From NCBI GenBank assembly GCA_965249105.1, contig OZ252219.1, forward strand, positions 633,262 to 697,261: a stretch of 64,000 nt of DNA, written 5' to 3'. Each line of letters starts with the position of its first letter. Position 1 is the stretch's first letter. Shown piece after piece: positions 31,007 through 41,451 of this stretch. Source of the DNA: Vicinamibacterales bacterium. Lineage in GTDB: Bacteria; Acidobacteriota; Vicinamibacteria; Vicinamibacterales; UBA8438. The notes beneath the pieces were generated by a model, which saw nothing but the letters and a program-made list of their open reading frames with translations, was not told the DNA's origin and made no database searches. The position numbers and the translations under genes were made by a program.

Positions 31007-32974
31007 CTACTGGAGGCTGAGCGCGACCCACTGCGCGGGCACGTCGAACCCGCCGATGGGGACGACGATGTACTGTTTGCCCTCGTGCATGTACGTCATC
31101 GGCGAGCCGGTCGTTCCCGCCTCTAGCTCGATTTCCCACACGATCTCACCCGTCATCTTGTCGTAGGCCCGAAACCACGGCTCGCCGTAGGTGGGTTCGA
31201 TCTCGGGAGGCATGCCGACGGGCACACGCGCCGACTCGCGGTCTCCGGAGACGTCGGATCCCTCGCCGATGAAGAGGAGCGTCTTCGTCAGGAGCAGACC
31301 CGGACGGCCCGGATAACCGAGACGACCCAGGTTGAGGTGGGAGATGGCAGGATGATCGCGCGGCCCTTTTCCGTTTGGTACCTGCCACACGACCTCACCT
31401 CTGTTCATGTCGATCGCCGTGATTCGGCCGTAGGGCGGCTTGAACATCGGGAGCCCGCGTGGCCCGGCAATCCATCGGCGTCGACCCTTTACGTAGGCCA
31501 GGTTCGTCCGGTCCGGGTTCCCTTCGACAATGTCGGCGACAAAGGGAGCCGTGATCGACGGGACGTACAAGTAGCCGGTGTCGGGATCGAACGCAGCGCC
31601 TTGGGCGTCGGCGCCCCCCTGTGATCCGGGGAGCTGTATCGTTCCCTGATTGTCGTTCGGGCCATCGCCACGGATCGACGGTGGGGTGAACATCGGTCCG
31701 ATTGTGTATCGGGTGAGGATCTCGAGAGCCTCGTCTCGTAGCTCCGGCGTGAAGTCGATCAGGTTCTCGATCGTGGCACCCTGGCGATCGTACGCCGGCG
31801 GCTTGGTCGGAAACGGCTGCGTCGGCGACGTGACCTCGCCTGGGGTCGTCGCCTGCGGAACTGGCCGTTCCTCGATCGGCCAAACCGGTTCGCCGGTGAC
31901 GCGATCGAAGGTGTAGGCAAAGGACTGCTTCGTCAACTGCACCACCGCCTTGATGTCGCGACCGTCGACGGTGATGTCCATGAGGATGGGCCCTGCCGGC
32001 ATGTCGTAGTCCCAGAGACCGTGATGGACGATCTGGTAGTGCCACACTCGCTCTCCGGTCTTGGCATCGACGCACACGAGCGACTGCGTGAAGAGGTTGT
32101 CGCCCGGGCGATGGCCGCCGTACATGTCGTTCGTCGCCGACGACGTCGGCATGTAGACGTAGCCAAGCTCCTCGTCAACGGCAAAGGGCGCCCACACCGG
32201 TGCGTGCCCGGTGTACTCCCAGGAGCGGTTGCCCCAGGTGTCGGTGCCGTACTCGCCCGCCTGGGGGATCGTGTGAAACACCCACCGCAGCGCCCCGGTT
32301 CGCACGTCGAACGCGCGTACATCGCCTCGCACGTCCTCCTTTGTGTAGAAATCGTCGCCCATCGACTGGCCTACGAGCACGACGTCGCCGATGATGGCAG
32401 GCGTCCCACGCCAAGCGTAGCGTGCGCCTTCCTGCAGACCGGTCGTGAGATCGACACGTCCGTCGAGCCCGAAGTCCGGATAGGACTCACCGGTCTCGGC
32501 GTTCAGCGCGGCCAACCACGTGCCACGCTGCATGACGATTCGGCGGTCCCTGCCGTCCGTCCAGTACGCGACACCACGGGTCTGGCGGCCACGGTACGCG
32601 CTCGGACCGGCATCGTTCGGTTGCTGCACCCACAGTGTCTCGCCTGTTCCGGGGTCAAATGCCTCGACCAGACCGACCGCGTTCGGGGCGTACAGCACGC
32701 CGTCCACCATCAGGGGGGTCGTCCGGTTGCTGCGGCCGGGACGTAGGTTCGGTTCGGCATCGAGGATCGACTGATCGACCGTGGGCCGAGCCCAGGCGAT
32801 CTGGAGCCGGCCGACGTTGTCGGGCCGAATCTGGTCGAGGGACGAATACTTCGTGTTGCCGTTGGCGGCAGCTGCGGCGCGCCACTCCCCGTCGACGGCT
32901 CCGTACTGCGCCGCGGCCGACGACGCAAGGAGTGATCCGCACACGACCAGGGTGGCGAGTCTGAAACGCTCCAT
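31007..32974 (-). CDS. PQQ-dependent dehydrogenase, glucose/quinate family
   Basis: HHGLWDYD, TGEPVWPIEERPV, SPTQPFPTKP, KPPYGRITAID. Confidence 0.9.
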   Translation of the reverse strand: MERFRLATLVVCGSLLASSAAAQYGAVDGEWRAAAAANGNTKYSSLDQIRPDNVGRLQIAWARPTVDQSILDAEPNLRPGRSNRTTPLMVDGVLYAPNAVGLVEAFDPGTGETLWVQQPNDAGPSAYRGRQTRGVAYWTDGRDRRIVMQRGTWLAALNAETGESYPDFGLDGRVDLTTGLQEGARYAWRGTPAIIGDVVLVGQSMGDDFYTKEDVRGDVRAFDVRTGALRWVFHTIPQAGEYGTDTWGNRSWEYTGHAPVWAPFAVDEELGYVYMPTSSATNDMYGGHRPGDNLFTQSLVCVDAKTGERVWHYQIVHHGLWDYDMPAGPILMDITVDGRDIKAVVQLTKQSFAYTFDRVTGEPVWPIEERPVPQATTPGEVTSPTQPFPTKPPAYDRQGATIENLIDFTPELRDEALEILTRYTIGPMFTPPSIRGDGPNDNQGTIQLPGSQGGADAQGAAFDPDTGYLYVPSITAPFVADIVEGNPDRTNLAYVKGRRRWIAGPRGLPMFKPPYGRITAIDMNRGEVVWQVPNGKGPRDHPAISHLNLGRLGYPGRPGLLLTKTLLFIGEGSDVSGDRESARVPVGMPPEIEPTYGEPWFRAYDKMTGEIVWEIELEAGTTGSPMTYMHEGKQYIVVPIGGFDVPAQWVALSLQ

Positions 32975-33221
32975 TCCTTTGGGAGGCGGCACGTGTCTTT
33001 TCGTCGTCGTCCGGCAGTAGCACAGTGTAGCAGGCGCGGTAGACGGTTGACGCAAGCCGATCTCGGCCGGTACGCGGCCTTCGCCTACCCGGCGGAACCT
33101 TGCCGATGCTTAGGGCTGTACCGCTCGAGAGCGGCGCATCGAGCGAGAGTTCGTAGATGGAATGCGTGCCGGGGTCTTGGATCGCAAGGGTCGCGTGGCG
33201 AACGGCGGCGAGCAACGACTA

Positions 33222-33506
33222 TCAGGGTTCCGCGGTCACCGGATCGATCATTTTCGACACCGCAGTAACGATGGTCGCGGGAAATCCGCTGCGCTCGGCG
33301 TGTTCCATGATCAGCGCCTCGCTATCGGCGATGTAGATGCAGAACGTCTTGTCCTGCACTACGTAGGAGTGCTCCCACTGAACGTTCTTGTGCTCCGCCT
33401 TCATCTCGGCGAGTACGGAATTGGACTTCTGCGCGGCTTCCCGCAGCGCGGCGCGCTCGGCGGTGCCGATGTCGGGAATATCTCTTTCGATTACGTATCT
33501 GGGCAT
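33222..33506 (-). CDS. DUF4242-like small protein
   Basis: MPRYVIERDIP...WEHSYV...KTFCIY...HAERSGFPA. Confidence 0.8.
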   Translation of the reverse strand: MPRYVIERDIPDIGTAERAALREAAQKSNSVLAEMKAEHKNVQWEHSYVVQDKTFCIYIADSEALIMEHAERSGFPATIVTAVSKMIDPVTAEP

Positions 33507-33730
33507 GTCTACCCTCGTGGCGATATGGAGCAATGCAGGTCCCGCGCGGTTGTGAACGCGGCACGTAAGTGCAGAACGATACCAGATACTGGAGCTGGTC
33601 GAGACACTTCCTCCCGGTTCCGATCCGTCCATCGCGCCGAATGGACCCTAGCAGGGACAATCCCGGGGACAATCGACGATTCGAAGACGATCCAGTGAGC
33701 CGCTATGATCGCGCTAACCCCTTGAAAACA

Positions 33731-33771
33731 TGGGGTTCGAACCCAGGGAACGGTTTCACGTTCAACGGTTT
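33731..33771 (-). pseudogene. tRNA-Ser-like fragment (variable arm plus T-arm), possible att remnant
   Basis: Minus strand AAACCGTT-GAACG-TGAAAC-CGTTC-C-CTGGG-TTCGAAC-CCCA; no intact acceptor stem. Confidence 0.55.
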
Positions 33772-33859
33772 GCTCGGGGGCCACTCCGGACTGACCGACA
33801 AAGGGGTTGTCAGCTGCCGAACACGGGCGGGAGGTTTCCCGCTTCTCCGGAGCCACCCG

Positions 33860-34458
33860 GTCGGGTAGACCAGGGTCGTTGCTGACCCTGGCCCCCCACA
33901 GATCCGGACGTGCGGGTTCTGCCGCATCCGGCTCCTCGACAGATGGCTTCGCTACGCGCCGTCGCGTACCCGTTGGTCCAGGAAGCCAGGCGATGGCCAC
34001 CGCCATCCCCAAGGCTTGTCTGGCCAGTTCGGCTATCCGTTGTCGTGACGTGGAGACGGGACCCAACCTCGGTGTGTTGGCCGTCTTTCCCTCCACCGGT
34101 GCCACCTGCCGGTGCCCCCTTCCCTCCACGGGGTCTCGTGGGCTCAATTCCCCCGCTTCGGCGGTACTATGAGACACTCCGACTCCTCGCCGTCCATCCC
34201 CCCGCGCTTCGTTGCCTTCGCCCGGCGGTACCATCCGAGCACCTGCGGCTTCGCTCCGTCGGACGCCAGGTGCTGCGTCCACGGCCTCGGGCTTGGTGAG
34301 CCGGTGCCCGCCCCCCGGCGGTCTTTAAGATGGAGACGACGAGGCCTCCCGGGTTCCCGGGAAACCCACCCGCACGCATGCCACGCGCTCCGACCCCGGC
34401 GAGGTCGCCGCCTCCACGGCCTCTGAGATGCGGCGAGATAGCCTTCCGTCCAACGCAC
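33860..34458 (-). mobile_element. Group II intron relic, RT ORF deleted, domain I truncated
   Basis: Domain V GAGCCGGATGCGGCAGAACCCGCACGTCCGGATCT; domain VI ending CTACCCGAC; domain III-like GAGTCGGAG..CATAGTACC..GGAGGGAAGGG. Confidence 0.85.
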
Positions 34459-34459
34459 G

Positions 34460-34758
34460 TGTCAATGGCAACCGAAAACCGCACATTTGTGGCAACCGAA
34501 AACTGCACACTTCTGGGGAGGACGTCTCGGGCGGAGCGGACATTCTCCCGGTGATGCCCGACGGGAAGCTGCGGAGCCGGCGGTCACGTGGCGACTCCCT
34601 CACGCTGTTCGTCCGACGCTGTCCTCAGCCAGTGCTGATGCTCCCGCATCCGGTAGCTGTTGCCCCGGATGTTGACGATGTGGCAATGGTGCAGCAGCCG
34701 GTCGATGAGCGCCGCCGCCATAACCTCGTCGCCGAGCACGTGTCCCCATTCCTCGAAG
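34460..34758 (-). mobile_element. istB: IS21-family right end with istB 3' fragment
   Basis: FEEWGHVLGDEVMAAALIDRLLHHCHIVNIRGNSYR; TGT terminus with tandem GGCAACCGAAAAC repeats. Confidence 0.88.
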
Positions 34759-34887
34759 GCTGGAGCGCGCACAGTGAGGTCGATCAAAAGTTTTAATCCG
34801 GGATAAGCCGGGATCATCCGGGATGACCCCGGGATGCGACTCTCGCGGTCGCAACGACTTACGGGGACGCGGCGGCCCCAGCGGGGG
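34759..34887 (-). repeat. Iteron-bearing dispersed repeat, copy 2
   Basis: Reverse complement of copies 1 and 7. Confidence 0.9.
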
Positions 34888-35329
34888 ACGCCCGCGCGAG
34901 TCGGCATCCCACCGATCCCGGGTTATCCCGGCGAGGGTGCGGCCCACTGATCTTGATGGCCGTTCGTTACCAGCAGGTCGCGCCTGACGGCCTTCAGTCC
35001 GATCAAGCCTACGCGACGTCGGGATATTGTGGGACATAGTCGGGATCCATCCACATTCGACTGTTGTTCGCCCACGACGCACGGGGCGAGAATCGCGGGG
35101 AGACGGGTTCGCGCGAGACTGCCCCCTCCGCCATGTTTCTTCTTTGGACACAGGTAGTTAGCGATAGAATTTGTCCCCAGCATATTTGCGTCCTGGACGC
35201 CGCTACAAGGCCAGGTGCAAACGGATTGCAAACTCCAACTCAGCCACGACCTAGGGGCACCGCCCTGTTTACTTCCTACACGTCCAGAGGGTTCTCGTTG
35301 GGGGACCAGGAGCGACTGCAGCAGGTCGT

Positions 35330-35510
35330 GGACGCTCAACAACCAGCTTCAACTGCCCAGTGCGATCGAGCTCCAATTGAGTTACATCTACTACGCTGAG
35401 CGCAACGTGCCTCAGGGCAGGGAGAAGGCTCGTTCTTCGGTCGACCTCGCTGCCACGTGGCCGCTGATGGACGAGCGCGCCGAGCTCCTGTTCACCTTCA
35501 CTGACATGAA
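35330..35510 (+). pseudogene. Outer-membrane beta-barrel (TonB receptor-like) fragment
   Basis: NNQLQLPSAIELQLSYIYYAERNVPQGREKARSSVDL...ELLFTFTDM shows an amphipathic strand pattern. Confidence 0.5.
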
Positions 35511-35595
35511 TCTTACGGGATCGGAACTCTGCCACCAGCCCCGCCTTGACACGACCCAAGAGGCCAGATTGCTACGGGGCGGGCGAGCGCGAGTG

Positions 35596-35850
35596 GACGC
35601 CTGCTTATCATCCGGCCCCGCGCGGCGCGGCGGCAGAGTGTCCACGACGGGGGACACTCCCGCGAAATCCCCCCCATGTTGAGGGTCTCAAACCCCCGGA
35701 AAACGCCATGTGAAGGCAATTTCATGGATCAAAAGTTTTGCACCACAATTCTGTCGGCCGATCCCCGTAAGTCGTTGCGTCCGCGCGAGTCGCATCCCGG
35801 GGGCATCCCGGATGATCCCGGATTATCCCGGATTAAAACTTTTGATCGAC
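35596..35850 (+). repeat. Iteron-bearing dispersed repeat, copy 3 (~250 bp, inverted relative to 44755-45004)
   Basis: GACGCCTGCTTATCATCCGG...GTAAGTCGTTGCG...TAAAACTTTTGATCGAC. Confidence 0.9.
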
Positions 35851-35892
35851 ATCACCCGAACGCTGCAAGGTCGCTAGCCACCTTAGCTTCTT

Positions 35893-36468
35893 TCAAGGAC
35901 GTGCCGCGCGATCTGTGCACGAACGTTCGACTCGGGTCATCAATTTATCGAACCAGGCCTTACCTCCCGGGCCATGCTTGACGAAGCGGTTCTCTACTTG
36001 AGCCTTCTTGCCCCAGTCACGAATTACAGACGCGAACAATGGTTTGGACGCAAGATGTAGTTCCTCAGCATCCTCGATGAAGCCAGCCTGCCAGTCCGCA
36101 AGTGCGTCAGACGAGCAACCAGCGTGCGTCTCTGCGTTCTTGATCTGATTGTAGAGTCCGGCAAGATAGCTCCACTGAGATGCGAACCTCGCATACAGCG
36201 CCGTATAGATCCCGGCGAAGACCGCCGCATACCACTCGGCAGACGCAATGACTTGAAGCCTGAGCTCCGTAAGACTGAATTCCCACGTTCGAGAGGGGTC
36301 GAGCATATTCTGCCCAAGGAGGATTAGCGCATAAACGTAGAGTGCAGTGAGAAGCGACCGGAGAATGATAACGCTACTGCCGTTGTCTAGACGGCACCAT
36401 GTAAGAAGCCATTCCGACTGAAGGAAGCTCAACACGCACGCAACGCTCGCCTCGACGCCTCTGCACAT
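35893..36468 (-). CDS. Hypothetical membrane protein (two TM helices)
   Basis: 191-aa ORF; two hydrophobic segments; visibly lower GC than the flanks. Confidence 0.65.
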   Translation of the reverse strand: MCRGVEASVACVLSFLQSEWLLTWCRLDNGSSVIILRSLLTALYVYALILLGQNMLDPSRTWEFSLTELRLQVIASAEWYAAVFAGIYTALYARFASQWSYLAGLYNQIKNAETHAGCSSDALADWQAGFIEDAEELHLASKPLFASVIRDWGKKAQVENRFVKHGPGGKAWFDKLMTRVERSCTDRAARP

Positions 36469-36487
36469 GCGATCAGCGTAGCACGGG

Positions 36488-37722
36488 CGTACTGTCCAAG
36501 TATTCGATCGGCGCAGCTTGACTGGCTGATTCTAGCGTGAAGGCCGCCAGGTTGCGGCATTCGAGACCGCCGTGGGCCTCTGGTAGGCTCGCCCGGTATG
36601 TCGCCATTTCCACAAGTGTTTCAGTTCCTTATCGTGGCCGTCGCGGGCTGGATCAACCAGCAGCAGCGTGACGTCATCGACTATCTCCAGGAGGAGAATC
36701 GCGTCCTCCGGGAGCAGCTCGGCCCCGGCCGGCTGCGGTTCACGGACTCCCAGCGCCGACGGCTAGCCGCGAAGGCCAAGAGCCTCGGTCGACAGGCGCT
36801 TCAAGACCTCGAGACACTCGTCGGCCCAGACACCTTGCTGCGTTGGCATCGACAACTGATCGCGAGGAAATACAATGGCAGCGGCCGGCGCGGACCGGGT
36901 CGTCCACGGATCATGGGCGAGATCCGCCGGCTCATCGTCCGGATGGCCACCGAGAACCGCGACTGGGGCTACACGCGCATCCGGGGTGCCCTCGACAACC
37001 TCGGGCATCACGTGGCGCGGGGCACCATTGCCAATGTGCTCAAGGCGCACGGGCTGGAACCCGCGCCAGAACGCAAGAAGCGCGGGACCTGGCGGGAGTT
37101 TCTGGTGGCCCACTGGGACGTCCTCGCCGCCGCCGACTTCTTCACCATCGAGGTCTGGACGCCACGCGGCCTGACCCGCTTCACGGTCCTGGTCCTGATT
37201 CATCTGGCCAGCCGGCGCGTCCAGATCGCCGGTATCAGCGCCCAGCCCGACGGTCCCTGGGTCACCCAACTCCTGCGAAACGCGACCGACGTCGAAGACG
37301 GATTCCTCCGGAACATGCGGTTCCTCATTCATGACCGCGACCCGCTCTTCCGTCCGGCCATGCGCGACCCGCTCCCGCCGGCCGGGGTCACGCCCGTCCG
37401 ACTCCCGGCCCGCTCGCCAAACTTGAACGCCTATGCGGAGCGCTTCGTGCGGACCATCAAGGAATCCTGCCTCGAGCGGATGGTGCTCATCGGCGAGGGC
37501 TCGCTGCGTCGCGCCGTCCGCGAGTTCGTCGCCCACTACCACCACGAGCGGAATCACCAGGGCCTGGACAACCGCCTGATCCATCCGCCGCCGACCGCAA
37601 CACCGCCCCGCGGCCCCGTCCAGTGCCGTCAGCGCCTCGGGGGCATGCTGAACTACTACTATCGGTCAGCGGCGTGATACCTGACCGCCACCACGCCCAC
37701 GATCGTGTTTTTGGACACTACG
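36488..37722 (+). mobile_element. Unclassified IS with rve integrase-core transposase (36598-37677)
   Basis: [35 protein letters not shown]; IRs CGTACTGTCCAA/TTGGACACTACG. Confidence 0.88.
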
Positions 37723-37725
37723 GGA

Positions 37726-37964
37726 TGGCGGAGGGGGCAATCTCGCGCGAACCCGTCTCGCACGTCGCCAAGCGAATAAAAGACGAATATTTGATGGGTC
37801 CCTACTATGTCCCGCTTCAAACTCCTTGACCGGCTCAGGGGGAGTGTCTTGGCGGGCAGCGTCGGTACCTCCGCATCGGAGGATAGTTGTTGTCCTCGCG
37901 CGAGTCGCATCCCGGGGTCATCCCGGATTATCCCGGCTTATCCCGGATTAAAACTTTTGATCGA
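37726..37964 (+). repeat. Iteron-bearing dispersed repeat, copy 4 (~240 bp, inverted relative to 54035-54265)
   Basis: TGGCGGAGGGGGCAATCTCGCGCGAACCCGTCTC...GAGTCGCATCCCGG...TAAAACTTTTGATCGA. Confidence 0.9.
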
Positions 37965-38012
37965 GCTCAGCGGATTATGTTCCGCGCTTTCGCCACCCCG
38001 TGCTCCAGATAA

Positions 38013-39444
38013 GAGTGTGAGCGAAACTTAGTTGGAAATTGAAGCGGCTCCAAACCCTGTGGTTTGATGACGTTTGAGAAGACGGACATCAGCCCACGAG
38101 AGAAAGGAGCCGAGATGAGCAGTGTCCTACGATCGGTCAGGAAGCGCAAGAAAGGTCACACGTTGGGCGCGGTCGACGTCATCGACCGCGAGGAGTACGC
38201 CGAGCTGGAGGTCGATGCCAAGGTGGCGTTGATCCGGTCGTTGGTTCCGCTGGGCTTGATGCACATCGAGGAGTTGCTCGACGAGGAAGTGACCGCGCTG
38301 GCTGGCGAGCGCTACGCCCGCAAAGCCCCGTCAGTCGGCGGGCGCCGTCATGGCAGCAACCCCGGGACGGTCGGGTTGGCCGGCCAGCGCGTGCCGATTC
38401 GCGTGCCCCGGATTCGCCATGTCACGGAGCGCGAGATTCCCCTGCGGTCGTACGAGGCGCTGCATGGCGATCGCGCAGTCAACGACCTGTTGCTGAGGCG
38501 CGTGCTGTATGGGATCTCGTGCCGCAACTACGCGGCGGCCGCCGAGGCGATTCCCAGGGCGATCGGCCTATCGGGGTCGACGGTGTCCCGCGCGTTCATT
38601 CAGGCCAGCGCGACGAAACTCCGCGAGCTCCAGGAGCGGGACCTCTCCGGGGAGGACGTCGTGGCCCTCGTGCTGGACGGCAAGACGTTCGCCGAGGCGA
38701 CGATGGTCGTCGCGCTGGGCATCACGATGACGGGGGACAAACGGTTCCTGGGCGTCGTCGAGACGGACACGGAGACCGAGAAGGTGTTGACCCCGTTCCT
38801 CCGGTCATTGGTCGAGCGGGGCCTCGATGTCTCCCAGGGGCTTCTGGTGATCGTGGATGGCGGCAAGGGGCTCCGGGCGGCCGTGCGGAAAGCCTTCCGC
38901 CACCGCGCCCTGGTGCAACGGTGTCAGTGGCACACGCGCGAGAACGTGGTGAGTTACGTGGCCAAGCGTGAGCAGCCGGTGTGGCGGCAGCGTCTCCAGC
39001 GCGCCTACAACCGTCCGGAGTACGACGAGGCCCTCGCCGCCCTCAAGTCGCTCCAGCATGAGCTGGAGGATCGGAACCAATCCGCGGCCGGCAGTCTGGC
39101 GGAAGGCCTCGACGAGACCCTGACGTTGCATCGCCTCGGGGTGTACGGTGTGCTGGGCCGGTCGCTGAAGACGACGAACAGCCTCGAGTCCATCAACGCG
39201 CTCATTGAGGAGCGCTGTGCGAAGGTCGATCACTGGCAGAACTCGAGTCAACGCCATCGCTGGCTGGCCACTGCGCTCCTGGACATCGAGCCACGCCTGC
39301 GCAAGGTGATGGGCTACCGGCACCTGCCCAGGCTTCGTGACGCATTGAAGCGAGAGCTGAAGATCGACACGACGACGTCGACGAAGAAAGCCGCGTAAGC
39401 AATCAGGAGCCGCGGAGAGTTTCAACTAGGAATGGGCTTGACTC
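38013..39444 (+). mobile_element. IS256-family element, 1432 bp; transposase ends at 39398
   Basis: LVLDG, IVDGGKGL, QRCQWH, TTNSLES; 8-bp TSD CCAGATAA. Confidence 0.93.
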
Positions 39445-39696
39445 CCAGATAATGACGTAACAGCACACGTTTCTCCCGCATATACATAGGAGGCACTTGC
39501 AAAACTCCTGGCCGACAGTGGAACAAGCGTCAGGGTTTGGGTGCAAACTGGTCACTCGGGCCCAGGGCACCGGGATCGAGGCACCGATTCATGAGGAGAC
39601 GCAGGCCCGCCCGGGCATTGGGCGAGGGTCTGGCAAGAGCTGCCGCCTTCTGCGCGTAGGCAGCTGGGTGGATCGAGGTCATCACGTCACCGATGG

Positions 39697-40836
39697 CTAC
39701 GTGACGAGGCGCATGAGTTGGTCAGCGGTGAGTGCGAGCACGCCGAACATGCAGTGGCACATCACCTTCGCCGGGCCGCGGACCCGGACATGGCGACCGC
39801 CGAATTCGTCCTTGAGGCGGCCATTGACCCGCTCAACGGCCGTGCGTTCGTTGTAGCGAACGTCCTCCGGAAGCTGGAAGCCAAGCACCTGTCGGCGCCG
39901 AGCTTCCGCTTGGCGTTCTTCCTTCAGCGCCGTGTTGCGGCGCGTGTTGATGTCGATCAGCGGAACGTGGTTCAGCGAACGGCTGTGTGCCCGAATCTCC
40001 TGCGCATCGTAGGCGGCGTCCATCACGTCGTACAGATTGGTGCTCCGCTCGGCGGACAGGGTTGCGAGCGGAATAGCGGCCTGGCTGTCATGAAGGGAGG
40101 CAGCGGTCAGTAGGCAGCTGATGGGGATCTGGCCATCGGCCACATCGATATGCAGCTTGTAGCCGACCCAGGTTTCCTTGTAGCCCTTGCTGTTCTTTTT
40201 CGTCCCGACATCGCAGGCCGTCGGGAGATCAGCGAGCATCTCCGGCTTGGTCATGGTGCCCTGCCGCTGCAGACGCGTGGGCTCGTGAGGGCGCTCCTCT
40301 CCCTTCTTCGGTCGTCCCCGCTTCCGCTGCGAGGGCGCGGGCGGCTTGTCCTTCGTGGCGGGCTTCTCGCGTGCCGCAATCGCGGTGGAGTCTCGCGAGA
40401 GATGACCGACCAATCGGTCGTGATGCGTCTTCTGGATGACCGTCTCGTGCACGCGCAGAGGCAACTGCGTGGTCGCAAACTCGTCGAAGGCGTGTGAGAA
40501 CAAGGATTCGCTCGGGACCTGGCGCCTAGTCTCCCAGCCGCAGATCCGGCGCAAGGGTCGATCGGTGGCCAGCCGATCGAGCAGCCTGCGTGTCGTCGGC
40601 AGGTCGTAGACGGCCTTGGCGACAAACGCGCGGGCTACGGCCGCGCGATCCTTGCGAGGTCGGCCGGGCATGCGGACGCGTCGGGGAATGTGGTCCTCGA
40701 CCCGGATGACCTCCAAGGTCTGCACGAACTGCTGCTGTTTCTCCGTGAGTGGTCCCAGCTCTTCCTCCAGCCATGGAAAGAGTGCGGTCTGAATGGACAG
40801 CCAGTGTGGTGCGAAGCACTCTCGGAGACGGCTCAT
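39697..40836 (-). CDS. DDE transposase
   Basis: SRDSTAI, WVGYKLH, MDAAYD, RTAVERVNGRLK. Confidence 0.9.
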   Translation of the reverse strand: MSRLRECFAPHWLSIQTALFPWLEEELGPLTEKQQQFVQTLEVIRVEDHIPRRVRMPGRPRKDRAAVARAFVAKAVYDLPTTRRLLDRLATDRPLRRICGWETRRQVPSESLFSHAFDEFATTQLPLRVHETVIQKTHHDRLVGHLSRDSTAIAAREKPATKDKPPAPSQRKRGRPKKGEERPHEPTRLQRQGTMTKPEMLADLPTACDVGTKKNSKGYKETWVGYKLHIDVADGQIPISCLLTAASLHDSQAAIPLATLSAERSTNLYDVMDAAYDAQEIRAHSRSLNHVPLIDINTRRNTALKEERQAEARRRQVLGFQLPEDVRYNERTAVERVNGRLKDEFGGRHVRVRGPAKVMCHCMFGVLALTADQLMRLVT

Positions 40837-40899
40837 TTTCTTCTTGACTCCTGGGGCCAGGTCTAGCAGTATAACAACTGCTAGACCGAATGGCACGAC

Positions 40900-41247
40900 A
40901 TGCCCACCCGTGACCCAACAACCGACACGCAGCGCTACGACGCGCTCAAGCGCACCGTCGCTGAGGTGGGATTGCTTCGACGTGGCAGCCTCGTGCAACG
41001 TTTCATGCCGTGCGGCAAGCCGAACTGCCGCTGCCAAGCGACGCCCCCGCAGCTACACGGGCCGTACTATCAGTGGACCCGCAAGGTCCGCGGCAAGACC
41101 GTCACCGTCCGTCTCACCGAGCAGCAAGCCGAGCGTGTCCTGGACTGGATCGAGAACGGCCGACAGCTAGACCGAATCGTTGTGGAAATGGAGACGTTGT
41201 CGCTGCGGATGACTGAGCGCCTGCTTCGTCAGCTCACGCCTGTGTGA
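40900..41247 (+). CDS. DUF6788-like small Cys/His protein
   Basis: RGSLVQRFMPCGKPNCRC...HGPYYQWTRKVRGKTVT. Confidence 0.8.
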   Translation: MPTRDPTTDTQRYDALKRTVAEVGLLRRGSLVQRFMPCGKPNCRCQATPPQLHGPYYQWTRKVRGKTVTVRLTEQQAERVLDWIENGRQLDRIVVEMETLSLRMTERLLRQLTPV

Positions 41248-41369
41248 TGTGGCCCGCACCGTGCGCAAGCCGCCAAAAAACTTCTCTACGCGCAGGGTTT
41301 TGCAAGTGCCTCATAGGCGACTCCACTCTCGCGTGGTCGCCATGGGAAACGGCGGCAGTCGCCGCCGTC

Positions 41370-41425
41370 AACACGTGTGCAATTTTGGGCCGCCGGATCT
41401 GTGCAATTTACGCCCGCCGCTTACA
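41370..41425. mobile_element. Orphan IS21-like terminus
   Basis: 2x TGTGCAATTT..CCGCCG ending in TTACA. Confidence 0.55.
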
Positions 41426-41451
41426 CTCAATCGGGCTGACCTGCACCAGCT

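Larger units (their letters stand above)
39490..41312. mobile_element. IS1182-like/unclassified DDE element carrying a divergent passenger gene
   Basis: Perfect 16-bp IR GAGGCACTTGCAAAAC; 4-bp TSD ATAG. Confidence 0.85.

Noticed and set aside
33731-33790. Functional tRNA gene
   Set aside because: The D-arm, anticodon and acceptor stem cannot be formed.
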